This document shows, piece after piece, positions 28,272 through 38,202 of a stretch of DNA of 64,000 nt. Source of the stretch: a virus. Under the pieces are notes generated by a model. That model searched no databases, was not told the DNA's origin, and was given only the letters and a program-made list of their open reading frames with translations. The position numbers were made by a program, and so were the translations under genes. The stretch lies in the IMG/VR virus record IMGVR_UViG_3300032304_002285, positions 1-64,000 of that record; one strand, given 5' to 3'. Positions within the stretch are counted from its first letter, which is position 1. Each line of letters starts with the position of its first letter.

Positions 28272-30086
28272 ATGGAAATGCCTTGTGTTGATTGTGAGGG
28301 TCTTTTTGTTCAAGATTTTTTAGAATCGAGTACTTTACCTTTTGTAGGTAAGAGTGAGAGAGAATATTCGGTTACGGGTGTTGGTGTTGATGAAGAGTCC
28401 CTTATAGAAAAGGGTTGTCATGTTTTGATGGTTCTATACTTTGATCCAAAAGTTGGCCGGGTTAGTTGGCTTAGGTTGCCTTTCCCTGAGGGCTCCTTGT
28501 TTGTGATCAAGGGAATTGCCTGTCTTTAGGTGATATTTAAAGTTAAGGCTTTGTGTATGGATGATAAGGCGATATTTAAGCCTGAGGGTTTGAAGATTGG
28601 GGATTTTGTTAATCAGGGGTTCTTACCTGCTGATCAATATTTATGGTTAGAACATTCAGATGATATCTTCGGTGTTTACGTTTGTGAGAGATGGTATTTA
28701 AGCGGTAAAGGTGTTAATCAAACAGAACTTTACTTTTTTAGAAAATACACAAATAGAATTGAGAGTTTGAGAATTCATTTTCCAGTGGGAATGATTTTAG
28801 TGGTAGGGGAGACTTGATTATGTTATTTAAACCTAATGGTGTTCGGCTTAAGGATGTATTTTTAAACAGGGCAAGCGAAGACGAAAGTAATGAATATGAT
28901 AATCTTATTACGAATATTACTATTGATGGTGATTGGGTAGTAACAGGGAAGAAGTGTCAATATTTGACTGCTTTTTATTTTGACAAGAAACACAGGAGGT
29001 TTGAGCATATCTCTAGATTCTTTCCAAGTGATACCATTTTGACTGTAATGGAGCATTGAGAGTGTCAGTCGCAGAATTTGAACTTGGCAGAGAAGAAATG
29101 AAGGTAAGGGATTTTACTGATCCTGCTAATTTTTCCTGTTTTTGTGCATCTGAGAGAGAATATGCTGTTTTTTGTGTTTCGGTTGACGATAAGGTTCTTG
29201 CCGATAAAGGATCAAATGCAATAACAATACGTTTTTTTGATAAGAGACTTGGGCGTGTTAGTTTTGTGAGGATGTCATTCCCGGCTGGTTTGATATATTT
29301 CATAAAAGAGAGTAGGGAGTTAGAGGGAATACCAAATTGAAATCTGAAGATCTTAGAGTTAAAGATTTCACAGAGCCATATGGATTGTATGAGCTATTTC
29401 CGTATGAAGGGGAATATTTCATAGAAAATATTACCTTGGATGATGAGCCATTTAGGAAAGAAATGTGGAATCTTTTGGTTGTTAATTTTTATGATATAAG
29501 AGAGAAGAAACCCGGATCATTTGGCATAACATTCCCTGATGGTTTGATATTTTATATCCAGGAGGTTTATGATCTTTAGACCATTAGGTTTGATTTTTGG
29601 TGATATCGTTAATGATCCTGATTGTGTATTTTATGGGATTCACCCATGGTTGACTGTTACAGATGTGTCTTATTCGGATTTGGGATGGGAACGAGACGGG
29701 TACGCCTTCACAGAGGTTGCTGTTGTTTGTTACAATGAAGTTCAAGAGCGTTTTATAACAGTGGTGGTTGACCAGCCTGAAGGCAGTGTTTATGTTGTGA
29801 AGTGCAGGGAGTTGGTTCAGGAATGAAGACGATGATTCTTGATGGTAATTATTTTGCCAATCGCCTTGATAGTGGAGATCATATTGTCAGTGTTCTTTTC
29901 CGTTGTCATGAGAAGATTGAAGGGGAGTGGGTTTCATCATTCTTTGTGAGGATTGTCACGAAATGGCAAACTCAATCAACCATTATTCATTATGTTCCGC
30001 AGGGTCTAATTGAGTTAGTGGAAGAGAGGCGGGTAAAGAAGACTTGTTATGGGTTTATTGTTGAGGATGAAGGAGTGGGGGTATAA
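28272..30086 (+). CDS. Seven FP-family mini-genes
   Basis: C-termini FPEGSLFVIK, FPVGMILVVGE, FPSDTILTVME, FPAGLIYFIKE, FPDGLIFYIQE, QPEGSVYVVK, VPQGLIELVEE. Confidence 0.75.
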
Positions 30087-32694
30087 TGAATCGCATATTG
30101 CTTAGAATGCCTTGTTATTCGCATTGTTGTTCAGGTGAGGCGGTAATGAGGGAATTCCCAAAGGATCTGGGATATTCTATAACTTGTCGGATTAAGACTT
30201 GTCAAATTGGGAAATTAATTTTACCAAATAAGACATTTAAGGAAGCGGCTAGGATGTTTTTGAGGAAGAGAGAGATAATTTTGATCAGGGAAGAGCATCC
30301 GATTAAGAAGAGGAGGTTGAAATGATGCCATGGTGGTTAGCTCATCTTATAGGGGACTATTTGATTCAGAATGATTGGATGGCAACAAGGAAGAACAAGC
30401 AGACGATTCCTTGTTTGATTCATGGGATTACCTATTGTTTGCCTTTTCTGTTGTGTAATATGATTTGGTGGCAAATTGTTTTGATTGGGGTAGAGCATTT
30501 CTTACAGGATAGACTTGGGTTTGCCAGATGGTTTATGAGACATACGGATCATGAGTTATTTGCTACTGGGGCATTATCGCCTTGGTCTATAGTTGTGACT
30601 GACAATGTGATTCACTTGGTTTTCATTTGGCTTGTGACTCTTTTGTGAAGACGAGAGAGATAAAACTACCTTGTCCTAAATGCTCAAGTGTTTTGACGTT
30701 GTATTTGTTTCCTGATTACGTTGGCTATTTTGCTGAATGTCTTTCGTGTAGGTGTAAAAAACTAGGTGATGGGTATTTCCCTCTTCATACCAAGAGGAAT
30801 ATGGTAAAGAATTCGATTGTTTCATGGTTTTCTTACAATCCGTCTCCTAATTGTTTTATTGTCTTGAGTGAAAAGAGGCTCAAGTGAAGAAAAGGATTCC
30901 TTGTAAGACGCCGGATTGCCGTGGTCCTGCCTATTTGGTTAGCACCGAGAGATTGTTTAATCAAATGTGTGATTATGATTGTTATTGTAGTCTTTGTGGG
31001 GCAGGGTCAACTGAATTTGGTGCTGCTTGCTGGAGTATGAATACTGCTTTTGATTCTTTCTATAAATGGAGTGATGGTCCATCCAGTATTATCATCATGA
31101 AGGAGACTCCTCTTTGAATGAAAGAAGGAAGATAGGGATTCCTTGTCCGAGGTGTTCTGGTATTCTTCATTTGGTTTTATTAGAGCATTCGGATGGATAT
31201 TTCCCTGATTGTAAGGGGTGTGAGTTTAATGATGGAAATTTTTATTCTATTGTTTCATATGGGAAAAAGATAAAACACGCTTTGGCGCATTGGAATAAGC
31301 ATTATCCAATTGGAGATATGGTTGTTGTTATTGAAGAGAGGACGGTGGATCAATGAAAAAGATTTACTCAGCAGTTGCTACTGTTCACGTTCTTCTTGGA
31401 GAGGAAGAGCTACGGGAAGCCATTCAGCAGGCTAACTTGGCAATTATTGGGTCAGAGCATTGTAATTGCTATAATGCTGATGGGAAGATTGTTCCTAGGG
31501 AGATAGATAAGGAGACTGAGGAGAAATTGCTTAATACTCAGTGTAGGATGCGGTGTGGGTGGAATGTGTCTGTTGAGTATGACGTGGATGAAAACGGTAA
31601 TATTGTGAATATTAGATTGAAGAAGCCATGAAGGCTGAGATAGGGAATTTGGTGGTTCCTTGTCCTCATTGTGGTAAGAAAGCGACTTTGAGTATCGGTA
31701 TTTATACTCATTGGATTTGTGTTTGTTTATCTTGTCGTAAGTTTTTGCCATCTGTTTTGTGTAAGGAGCAGTGTGCATATGATAGGGATAGCTTAGAATT
31801 CATTTTACATCATTGGTTTTTGGATAGAGCTATGCCCATTTATGTATTGGAGGAGATTGCAGAATGAATATTGAAAAGGTAAAGGAATTAATCCCTCTTG
31901 CTTGTGATACCCCTTGGTATGATGAATCTCCTGATTTCAAGGCTGGTTCAACTGGAGTTGTAGACAAAACAAGGAAGGGTTATGTACTTGGTCCTTCCTT
32001 GCCTCATCTTCCGAGGAAAAATGACATTAGGTTGATTTTGCAGTTGGTTAATTCGGTGAGTGAGATTGTAGCCGTGGTTGAGGCGGCTAAGAAGGTTGTG
32101 GATAAGGTAGATGATTTAGATGCTTTAGCTGAATTAGAGAAAGCACTTTATGATTTGGAGGTGAAACAATGAAGAAGACGTGTAAATGGCCAGAGAAGCC
32201 AGGATTCTACGGGTATATTAATTATCGGGAATGGTTTTATGGTCCGTATGATACGGCTAAGGGGTTAGAGGATTGCTTGCTGGAAGAGCAGGAGAAGGAT
32301 TATTGGTTTGATTATGATGGATTGACAGTTCGGTATGTTCCAAAAAAACCAGCAGATCTTGCTGAGTTCATGAAGACTCCGAATATTAAATATGGGCATA
32401 GGTTTATTCTTGTTTTGGAAGAGGTGGCTTATAATGAAGCTACTGGACGATAAGTTTAAGATTAGTAGGACTTATGTTTTCCCTTGTTTTTGTGAAAAGG
32501 GATTGTGTGAGCTTGCCAGAATGAATGATAAAATGTGGTATATGGAGTGTGATCATTGTCATGTGTTTTCTAATTATGGCAGACCAAAGAAGAAGGAAGC
32601 CATAGTTTCGTGGTATAATATGGGTTACAATTCCAAGAGGAAGTTGATTGATTTCATAATTGTATTGGAAGAGGAGATGATTCTTTTGTATTAA
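30086..32694 (+). CDS. Six Lar-like zinc-ribbon mini-genes interspersed with other small ORFs
   Basis: Starts near 30086, 30627, 30884, 31114, 31628, 32434 carry the same signature. Confidence 0.7.
30322..30648 (+). CDS. DUF3307-like membrane protein
   Basis: 'LAHLIGDYLIQNDWMA..K...HGITY...EHFLQD...DNVIHL'. Confidence 0.75.
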   Translation: MMPWWLAHLIGDYLIQNDWMATRKNKQTIPCLIHGITYCLPFLLCNMIWWQIVLIGVEHFLQDRLGFARWFMRHTDHELFATGALSPWSIVVTDNVIHLVFIWLVTLL

Positions 32695-32741
32695 ATTTGA
32701 ATAAAAGGTCTTATCATAAATGAAATTTGGAGATTTTTGTT

Positions 32742-33461
32742 ATGAAAAAGACCTTTCAGGAAGTTACGGATTATTTAGGCAAGGCGAAGTTCTTTGAAAT
32801 CTCAAGGAAGAGCGAGAAGCTTTACATTGAGATTGTCCGATTGGAGTATAGGAATCGGGAAACAGATAGCGATCAATTAAAGAGATTGAAGAAAGAGCAT
32901 GGGGAATTAGAAGAGAAGATTGAGAGATTAGAGAAGGGATTGAGGTTTGCAACGGGATGGGAGATGGATGAATGGCAGAAGGAAAGGGATAGCAACTTCA
33001 AGAGGACTCTCTTTGATATTAGTCTGAAGAGAGTAGCTAAGTCTTTATTGAGGGTTGCTAGGAGGTTGTTGTCTAGTAGCTATGGCCATAGTCTTTGGAT
33101 TGATCCTAAGGGTAAGGTTATAGATATGGGTAATGATTGGATGCATTACTCTTGGATTACTAGGAATTTTCATACTCTGTTTCCTGGTGAAGAGTTCTCT
33201 AAGGAGAAGGTGTTTGATCTTCCTTTTGAAAATGGTTGGATTCATTTTAGGAATCATCCTGGGGACGTTTCGATGACAGGGAAGAGAGAGGCGATCAGAA
33301 GGAATAAGGATTTGATTGGTAAGATTATCATGGATAATTTTGAGGATAGGGGTAAGTATTTAGGGAAGTTTTTCGTTGTAGTTTATTTCAGTAAGACTCA
33401 GCGTGAGATTTATGAGTTGCCCAAGGATTTTGATGAATTAAGGTCTATAGTTGCGGTTTAA
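32742..33461 (+). CDS. Protein with an internal tag helix and a C-domain shared with 34027 and 63080
   Basis: Internal KRVAKSLLRVARRLLSS followed by 'LWIDPKGKVI...H..W...NGWIHFR'. Confidence 0.6.
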   Translation: MKKTFQEVTDYLGKAKFFEISRKSEKLYIEIVRLEYRNRETDSDQLKRLKKEHGELEEKIERLEKGLRFATGWEMDEWQKERDSNFKRTLFDISLKRVAKSLLRVARRLLSSSYGHSLWIDPKGKVIDMGNDWMHYSWITRNFHTLFPGEEFSKEKVFDLPFENGWIHFRNHPGDVSMTGKREAIRRNKDLIGKIIMDNFEDRGKYLGKFFVVVYFSKTQREIYELPKDFDELRSIVAV

Positions 33462-33491
33462 GAGGATTTGGGGGTTCCGATCTTCAGAGAG

Positions 33492-33530
33492 AAGCCAGGG
33501 GTTTGTAAAGACTTCATGGCTTTTTTGTTT
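33492..33530 (+). terminator. Terminator followed by a repeated TTTTGATATTTGG..CTAATTGAAAGAG element
   Basis: AAGCCA...TGGCTTTTTT; the same terminator-plus-element unit recurs at 33941-34005. Confidence 0.7.
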
Positions 33531-33592
33531 TTTGATATTTGGCTCTAATTGAAAGAGTCTGAGTATATGTATTTAAACATAAGGGGGTTATC

Positions 33593-33856
33593 ATGGACAA
33601 GGCAAAAGTATCTAAAGAGTTGGTTAAATTAGCCAAGGATTTATTAAGTGGCACTGAGACGAAGAGGACTGCTGGCTATGATTCCGATGACGGGATTGGT
33701 ATGTATTTGAATGCGATAGAGGAATTGGAGAGAGACATAGTGAAGGCTAGGCATGAGTTAGAGCGTGGGAAGCTGGGTCTTTGGGCGCAGAATTTAGCTG
33801 CTAAGTTGGATGGTGGTTCTTATACCAGGGATTTTTATAGACAGCTTTATGGATAA
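33593..33856 (+). CDS. Tagged hypothetical protein
   Basis: N-terminus MDKAKVSKELVKLAKDLLSGTETKRTAG. Confidence 0.7.
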   Translation: MDKAKVSKELVKLAKDLLSGTETKRTAGYDSDDGIGMYLNAIEELERDIVKARHELERGKLGLWAQNLAAKLDGGSYTRDFYRQLYG

Positions 33857-34026
33857 AGCTGATTGTAGTTGATTAGAGGAGTGACAAGCGATGTAGGAGA
33901 CTCCTTGGAATGAGGGTCAGTAAGGCTTAAGTTTTTTGGGAAAGCCAGATGGTTTTAAAAGACTATCTGGCTTTTTGTTTTTTGATATTTGGTCCTAATT
34001 GAAAGAGGTTTGGGGGAATAATATTC

Positions 34027-34434
34027 ATGAAAGAAGCGGGTGATTTATTAAGGATAGCGAAGGAATTACTTACTGAGGCTATTAGATGGCGTGATTATGG
34101 TGCTTGGGTATTGCCGAAGGGGAAGATTCTTCCGGTTCAGTCTGAGTATAGCCATAGTGATGTGGCGAAGTCATTTTTTTTAGAAGAGGATGGGTCTTTT
34201 AACAATTCTCCTTATTTAGAGGCTAGCATTCGTGGTTGGGTTAGGGTTGCTTATCGTCCTGATTTGAACATTCATCTTCCGACTCATATAACTTCGGCAC
34301 AGCGTTCTATTTTAGAAGATATGATAAGTGAATATCACAAAGAGTCTTTTGTGATAGATAAGGATGTAAAGTCTTTATCATTTGACGATAGGGAGAGGGC
34401 TATTCGTTTTATGAGGAGTGCTAGTCATGGGTAA
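34027..34434 (+). CDS. Tagged hypothetical protein
   Basis: N-terminus MKEAGDLLRIAKELLTE; 'AWVLPKGKILPV...HSDVA...RGWVRV'. Confidence 0.7.
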   Translation: MKEAGDLLRIAKELLTEAIRWRDYGAWVLPKGKILPVQSEYSHSDVAKSFFLEEDGSFNNSPYLEASIRGWVRVAYRPDLNIHLPTHITSAQRSILEDMISEYHKESFVIDKDVKSLSFDDRERAIRFMRSASHG

Positions 34435-34771
34435 GAAACCGATACCAGCAAAGAATAAGGGTGGAGATTGCTTTGAAGCTGCTGGCAATTTTATTGTTAA
34501 CAATCGTCATGAAAAAGATGATTTAATTTTAGTACATGGGTTAGTAACGGGTCAGGGTGCTATTGCGGGGATTAAGTTTGCTCATGCTTGGATTGAGGAT
34601 GGGGATTTGGTGATAGACAAGTCAAATGGTAGGGATATTAAGATTCCGAAGATGCTTTATTACGCATTAGGGAATGTTAAGAAGACTTTCAGGTATACAG
34701 CGGAAGAGGCTGTAGAGAAGATGTTGGATGTTGGTCATTATGGACCTTGGGATTTGAAATCGGAGTATTAA
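34427..34771 (+). CDS. Transglutaminase/papain-like Cys-His protein
   Basis: 'GGDCFEAA...LVHGLV.GQG...HAWIE.GD.VID'. Confidence 0.5.
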   Translation: MGKKPIPAKNKGGDCFEAAGNFIVNNRHEKDDLILVHGLVTGQGAIAGIKFAHAWIEDGDLVIDKSNGRDIKIPKMLYYALGNVKKTFRYTAEEAVEKMLDVGHYGPWDLKSEY

Positions 34772-34772
34772 C

Positions 34773-35936
34773 ATGAAACAGATAGCTCAAGAGTTGATTC
34801 GGTTGGCGAAGGAATTGGTAGGTGAGTCTTATCCTTTTGGTGCTACTGAGAAGACTAAGGCAATTATAGATGATTGTCGTTTGTGTTTAGAGGCAAAGCA
34901 GATTTACAATGCAAAGTTCAATGATTATAAGCATTCATTGACTGGGAATTTGGAATCATATGGTGGTTATCTGAATAAGACAGGCAATATGAGTAGAGCC
35001 GTATTCCTTTACGGATATAAATATGAATTTTTAGTTAATAGTTTTACTGAATTACCTAAAGGGATTCGGAATTTAGAGAAGGTATTGAGCAAGAAAGCGT
35101 TTCCAGAAGAGATATTAGAGAATGCTCATGAGAGTGATATAGAGGCAATCAAGGCAGCATGGCCAAAGGCATTAGAAGATCAGTTGAGCATATTGAAGTC
35201 ATGGCTTCCGGTTAAGCAGTTGTTGGATGAATTGAAACCTTTGATTGTAAAGGGTAGGGCTCCTGCTGCTCCTGACCCAAATAAATTTGTAGCTCCTCGT
35301 TCTAGTACGTCTGTAATTTCCTTTGTTACTGATGAATTAAAGAAGTTGGTTGATCCTTTGGTTAGTGGTTTAGAGAAAAGTCTCATTGAGGATTCGATAA
35401 AGGTAGTTGAGGAGGTTGATCAGAAGATTGTGAAGTATTTAGAAGATCATCCAGAGAAGGGCGGTAGAGCAGATATAGCGGCTAGAGCGGTTATTGGAGA
35501 GGATGGTCAATTAAGGCAATTGTGTTACAAGACTATAGGTGGAATTGGTGGAGGAAGTTCTTATAAGGGCTTGAATAAAGACTATAAGGAAGAGATTGGG
35601 AAGATAGTGAGGACAGAGATTAAAGACATGGTAGAAGCATTCATTGCTAAGAATTCGGGGAAGATTTCTCCAATTATTTCATTAAAGGGGAAATTGAAGG
35701 GTGCTAAGATCTTGAAGGGACATCTTGCAGGCTTTGGATTCTGGGGAGAGATCCTTTTTGATTTTACTGATGGTACGGAATTCACGGTTAGAAACAAGAT
35801 GGTTCGGAAATGGAACTACAGTGGAGTTTTCTATCAGTTCCCAACAACCTTTCATGATGTAAAATTCCCAGATGGTAAGGTTAGAGCCATGCTTTCTGAG
35901 CAAGAAATGAATCAGGATTGGGCTTCATTAAAATAA
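34773..35936 (+). CDS. Tagged hypothetical protein (387 aa)
   Basis: N-terminus MKQIAQELIRLAKELVGE. Confidence 0.72.
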   Translation: MKQIAQELIRLAKELVGESYPFGATEKTKAIIDDCRLCLEAKQIYNAKFNDYKHSLTGNLESYGGYLNKTGNMSRAVFLYGYKYEFLVNSFTELPKGIRNLEKVLSKKAFPEEILENAHESDIEAIKAAWPKALEDQLSILKSWLPVKQLLDELKPLIVKGRAPAAPDPNKFVAPRSSTSVISFVTDELKKLVDPLVSGLEKSLIEDSIKVVEEVDQKIVKYLEDHPEKGGRADIAARAVIGEDGQLRQLCYKTIGGIGGGSSYKGLNKDYKEEIGKIVRTEIKDMVEAFIAKNSGKISPIISLKGKLKGAKILKGHLAGFGFWGEILFDFTDGTEFTVRNKMVRKWNYSGVFYQFPTTFHDVKFPDGKVRAMLSEQEMNQDWASLK

Positions 35937-36047
35937 ATCTGGGAGAAATTATTAGTTATGCAAACTTTAATTTTTGATTCTATTGGAAAGGGAGGAACAA
36001 AAATCCCTGGAAGTTTACATCGTAAGTTGGTTTCAACGGAGGGTGTC

Positions 36048-36728
36048 ATGAATAGGTCTACCATAGCTAAAGAACTCTTGAAGATTGCTAGCTCTCTAAT
36101 TGCAGAGATAGAGTTGCCAGAAGATCCCTGGAAATACTTCAAGAAGGTTCCTGATGCAATAATGATTGAGGTAAAGGATTTGGAAACGATTAGGGCAAGA
36201 CCTACGGGAATAGAGCATGCAGAAAAGCATATGGAAAATGCTTATAAGGGAATAGGTGAGAAAAGAAAGCCTATCTCTGTTGTACGCAAGGGAAATAAAT
36301 GGATGGTCTTTGATGGCAATTCAACAACAGCAATCGCTAAGAAACATGGATGGAAACAAATTCCAGTCTTAGAAGTAGATGAACAGGGGAATTATGTAAA
36401 AGATGGAGGGAAAAGGGTTGCCTCCAAGTTAGAGATAGTAAAAGAAGAAGTGGATGAGAGAAATACAAAGGTATTACAGTCTGCCAAAAAACTTAAGGCA
36501 AGATCTCAGGGACATATCGTTGATTCAATACAGGCGGCTGGATATTATGCCAAAAAGCATAATCGTGATTATTATGTGTATTATGGAAATTCTTATGGAC
36601 ATGCTATTTGGAATATAGGATTGAAGAGTGATGCCTTGAGTCCGGTTAATAATACCTCTGATAATTTCGTCTATAAAGTCAGTCCTGATTTAGTAATCAC
36701 AAAGATTACTACAAAAAGAGGGTATTAA
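36048..36728 (+). CDS. Tagged ParB/Srx-like domain protein
   Basis: Probable start 36048, MNRSTIAKELLKIASSLIAE; 'RKPISVVRKGNKWMVFDGNSTTAIAKKHGWKQIPV'. Confidence 0.62.
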   Translation: MNRSTIAKELLKIASSLIAEIELPEDPWKYFKKVPDAIMIEVKDLETIRARPTGIEHAEKHMENAYKGIGEKRKPISVVRKGNKWMVFDGNSTTAIAKKHGWKQIPVLEVDEQGNYVKDGGKRVASKLEIVKEEVDERNTKVLQSAKKLKARSQGHIVDSIQAAGYYAKKHNRDYYVYYGNSYGHAIWNIGLKSDALSPVNNTSDNFVYKVSPDLVITKITTKRGY

Positions 36729-36733
36729 ATCCC

Positions 36734-37318
36734 ATGAAAAAATTAAAAGCATGGTTTGTTCAAGCAATTGTCAGGGTTTTTGGAAATATTCAGATATTTT
36801 GGCAACCCATGTTTTTGATCCTTTGGGGGGAAACTCATTACAATCTCAAAGGACCTGAAATGCGTCAAGTCATGAACAAATTAGAAGTTGGGGATATTCT
36901 ACTGAGAAAGCATGATAGATATATTTCATCATGGTTTATTCCTGGCTTTTATAAGCATGCTGCAATCTTTGTTGGAAAGAATAAAATCATTCATGCAACG
37001 ACTCATGATATCTTTGAAGAAGATATTCTTACATTCCTTCGCTGTGACTCTGTTGCTATTCTCAGAATCAAAAACTTGACTGAAGAAGAAAAAAACAAAG
37101 CTATTGATCTGGCTAGGGATATGATTGGTAAAGGATATGATTTCGATTTTGGGAAATCAAAGGACGGTAAATATTATTGCACAAGTTTAGTAAGATGGTG
37201 TTACCCTAATCGCTTTAAAAGTCTGAAGGATGAAGAAACAATCAAACCTCAAGACTTCTTCTATCAAGGATTGGATGTAATTCATGATAGTAGAATCTAT
37301 AGAGAAGATCATACCTGA
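36734..37318 (+). CDS. YiiX/YebB-like permuted NlpC/P60 cysteine hydrolase
   Basis: 'GDILLR...FIPG.YKHAAIFVG...IHAT...GKGYDFDF...YYCTSLV.WCY'. Confidence 0.82.
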   Translation: MKKLKAWFVQAIVRVFGNIQIFWQPMFLILWGETHYNLKGPEMRQVMNKLEVGDILLRKHDRYISSWFIPGFYKHAAIFVGKNKIIHATTHDIFEEDILTFLRCDSVAILRIKNLTEEEKNKAIDLARDMIGKGYDFDFGKSKDGKYYCTSLVRWCYPNRFKSLKDEETIKPQDFFYQGLDVIHDSRIYREDHT

Positions 37319-37374
37319 TACGGTATAGATCATAGACTATCACAAGTTAACTATACCCGATAAGGTTTAACAAA

Positions 37375-38202
37375 ATGAAGACTAATGCTGTTGAATTACT
37401 AAGGATAGCAAGAGAACTAATCTCTTCAGATAAATCTGCTGAATTAAAACAAAAATTGGAAACGATTGTCTATGGGGATTATAAAATCGGACAATTGACA
37501 GCAACTCTTCAGTGGATCAAGTCTAATTTCAATTATGACGTGTCTAGGGGCAAGCAAGGCTTCAAACCCGTAAGAGACGCCTTTACCCGCTTCTTTGACA
37601 TCCTGAAGGACGCAGAAGGCTCTAAGGACTCTAAAAGCTTTGTTACTTCAGTCTATGAGTCAAGAATAAAAGATAAGGTAGATGAGTTTGCTGAATTGTT
37701 TGCAACTACTGACAATAGTACGATCAAAATTGGAAATTATGAATTTGTAAATGGAGTTGGCTTCTCTCAAGATAATTTCCTGAAACAAGCAACAAATATT
37801 GCCAGAGTCTTTGATGAGGTAAAGGGATGGAGAAGAAAAGCCTTTGATGGTGGGTTGAAGGTTATCTTCTCAGGAGCACATAATTTCAATGGAACAGCTA
37901 GTGGTAAATATAGTGTAAAAGATGATACGCTTTATATCAGAGCTACATCTAATGTCCTGAAAAGAGGAAAGGGTTATGGTAGCCCCGAATACGTCCTTAT
38001 TCATGAATTAGGACATAGATACGAATACAAGAACCCAAAAGCTGATCAATTCAATAAATTCGGATGGCAAACAACTTCTTATAGTTTCAGTGAAGATGAA
38101 GCCTTCGCTGAATTGTTCGCCCTTGGACACTTCAATATAATTTCCTTGAGAGACAAAAACTTCTCAGAGAAATTAGAAGCCTTTGAAAAGGAGATGAACT
38201 AA
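37375..38202 (+). CDS. Tagged HExxH protein
   Basis: N-terminus MKTNAVELLRIARELISS; 'LIHELGHRY...EAFAELF'. Confidence 0.7.
   Translation: MKTNAVELLRIARELISSDKSAELKQKLETIVYGDYKIGQLTATLQWIKSNFNYDVSRGKQGFKPVRDAFTRFFDILKDAEGSKDSKSFVTSVYESRIKDKVDEFAELFATTDNSTIKIGNYEFVNGVGFSQDNFLKQATNIARVFDEVKGWRRKAFDGGLKVIFSGAHNFNGTASGKYSVKDDTLYIRATSNVLKRGKGYGSPEYVLIHELGHRYEYKNPKADQFNKFGWQTTSYSFSEDEAFAELFALGHFNIISLRDKNFSEKLEAFEKEMN

Noticed and set aside
12956-32694. Diversity-generating retroelement or integron as the source of array diversity
   Set aside because: No reverse transcriptase, template/variable repeat pair, integrase or attC-like palindromes were seen in the window.
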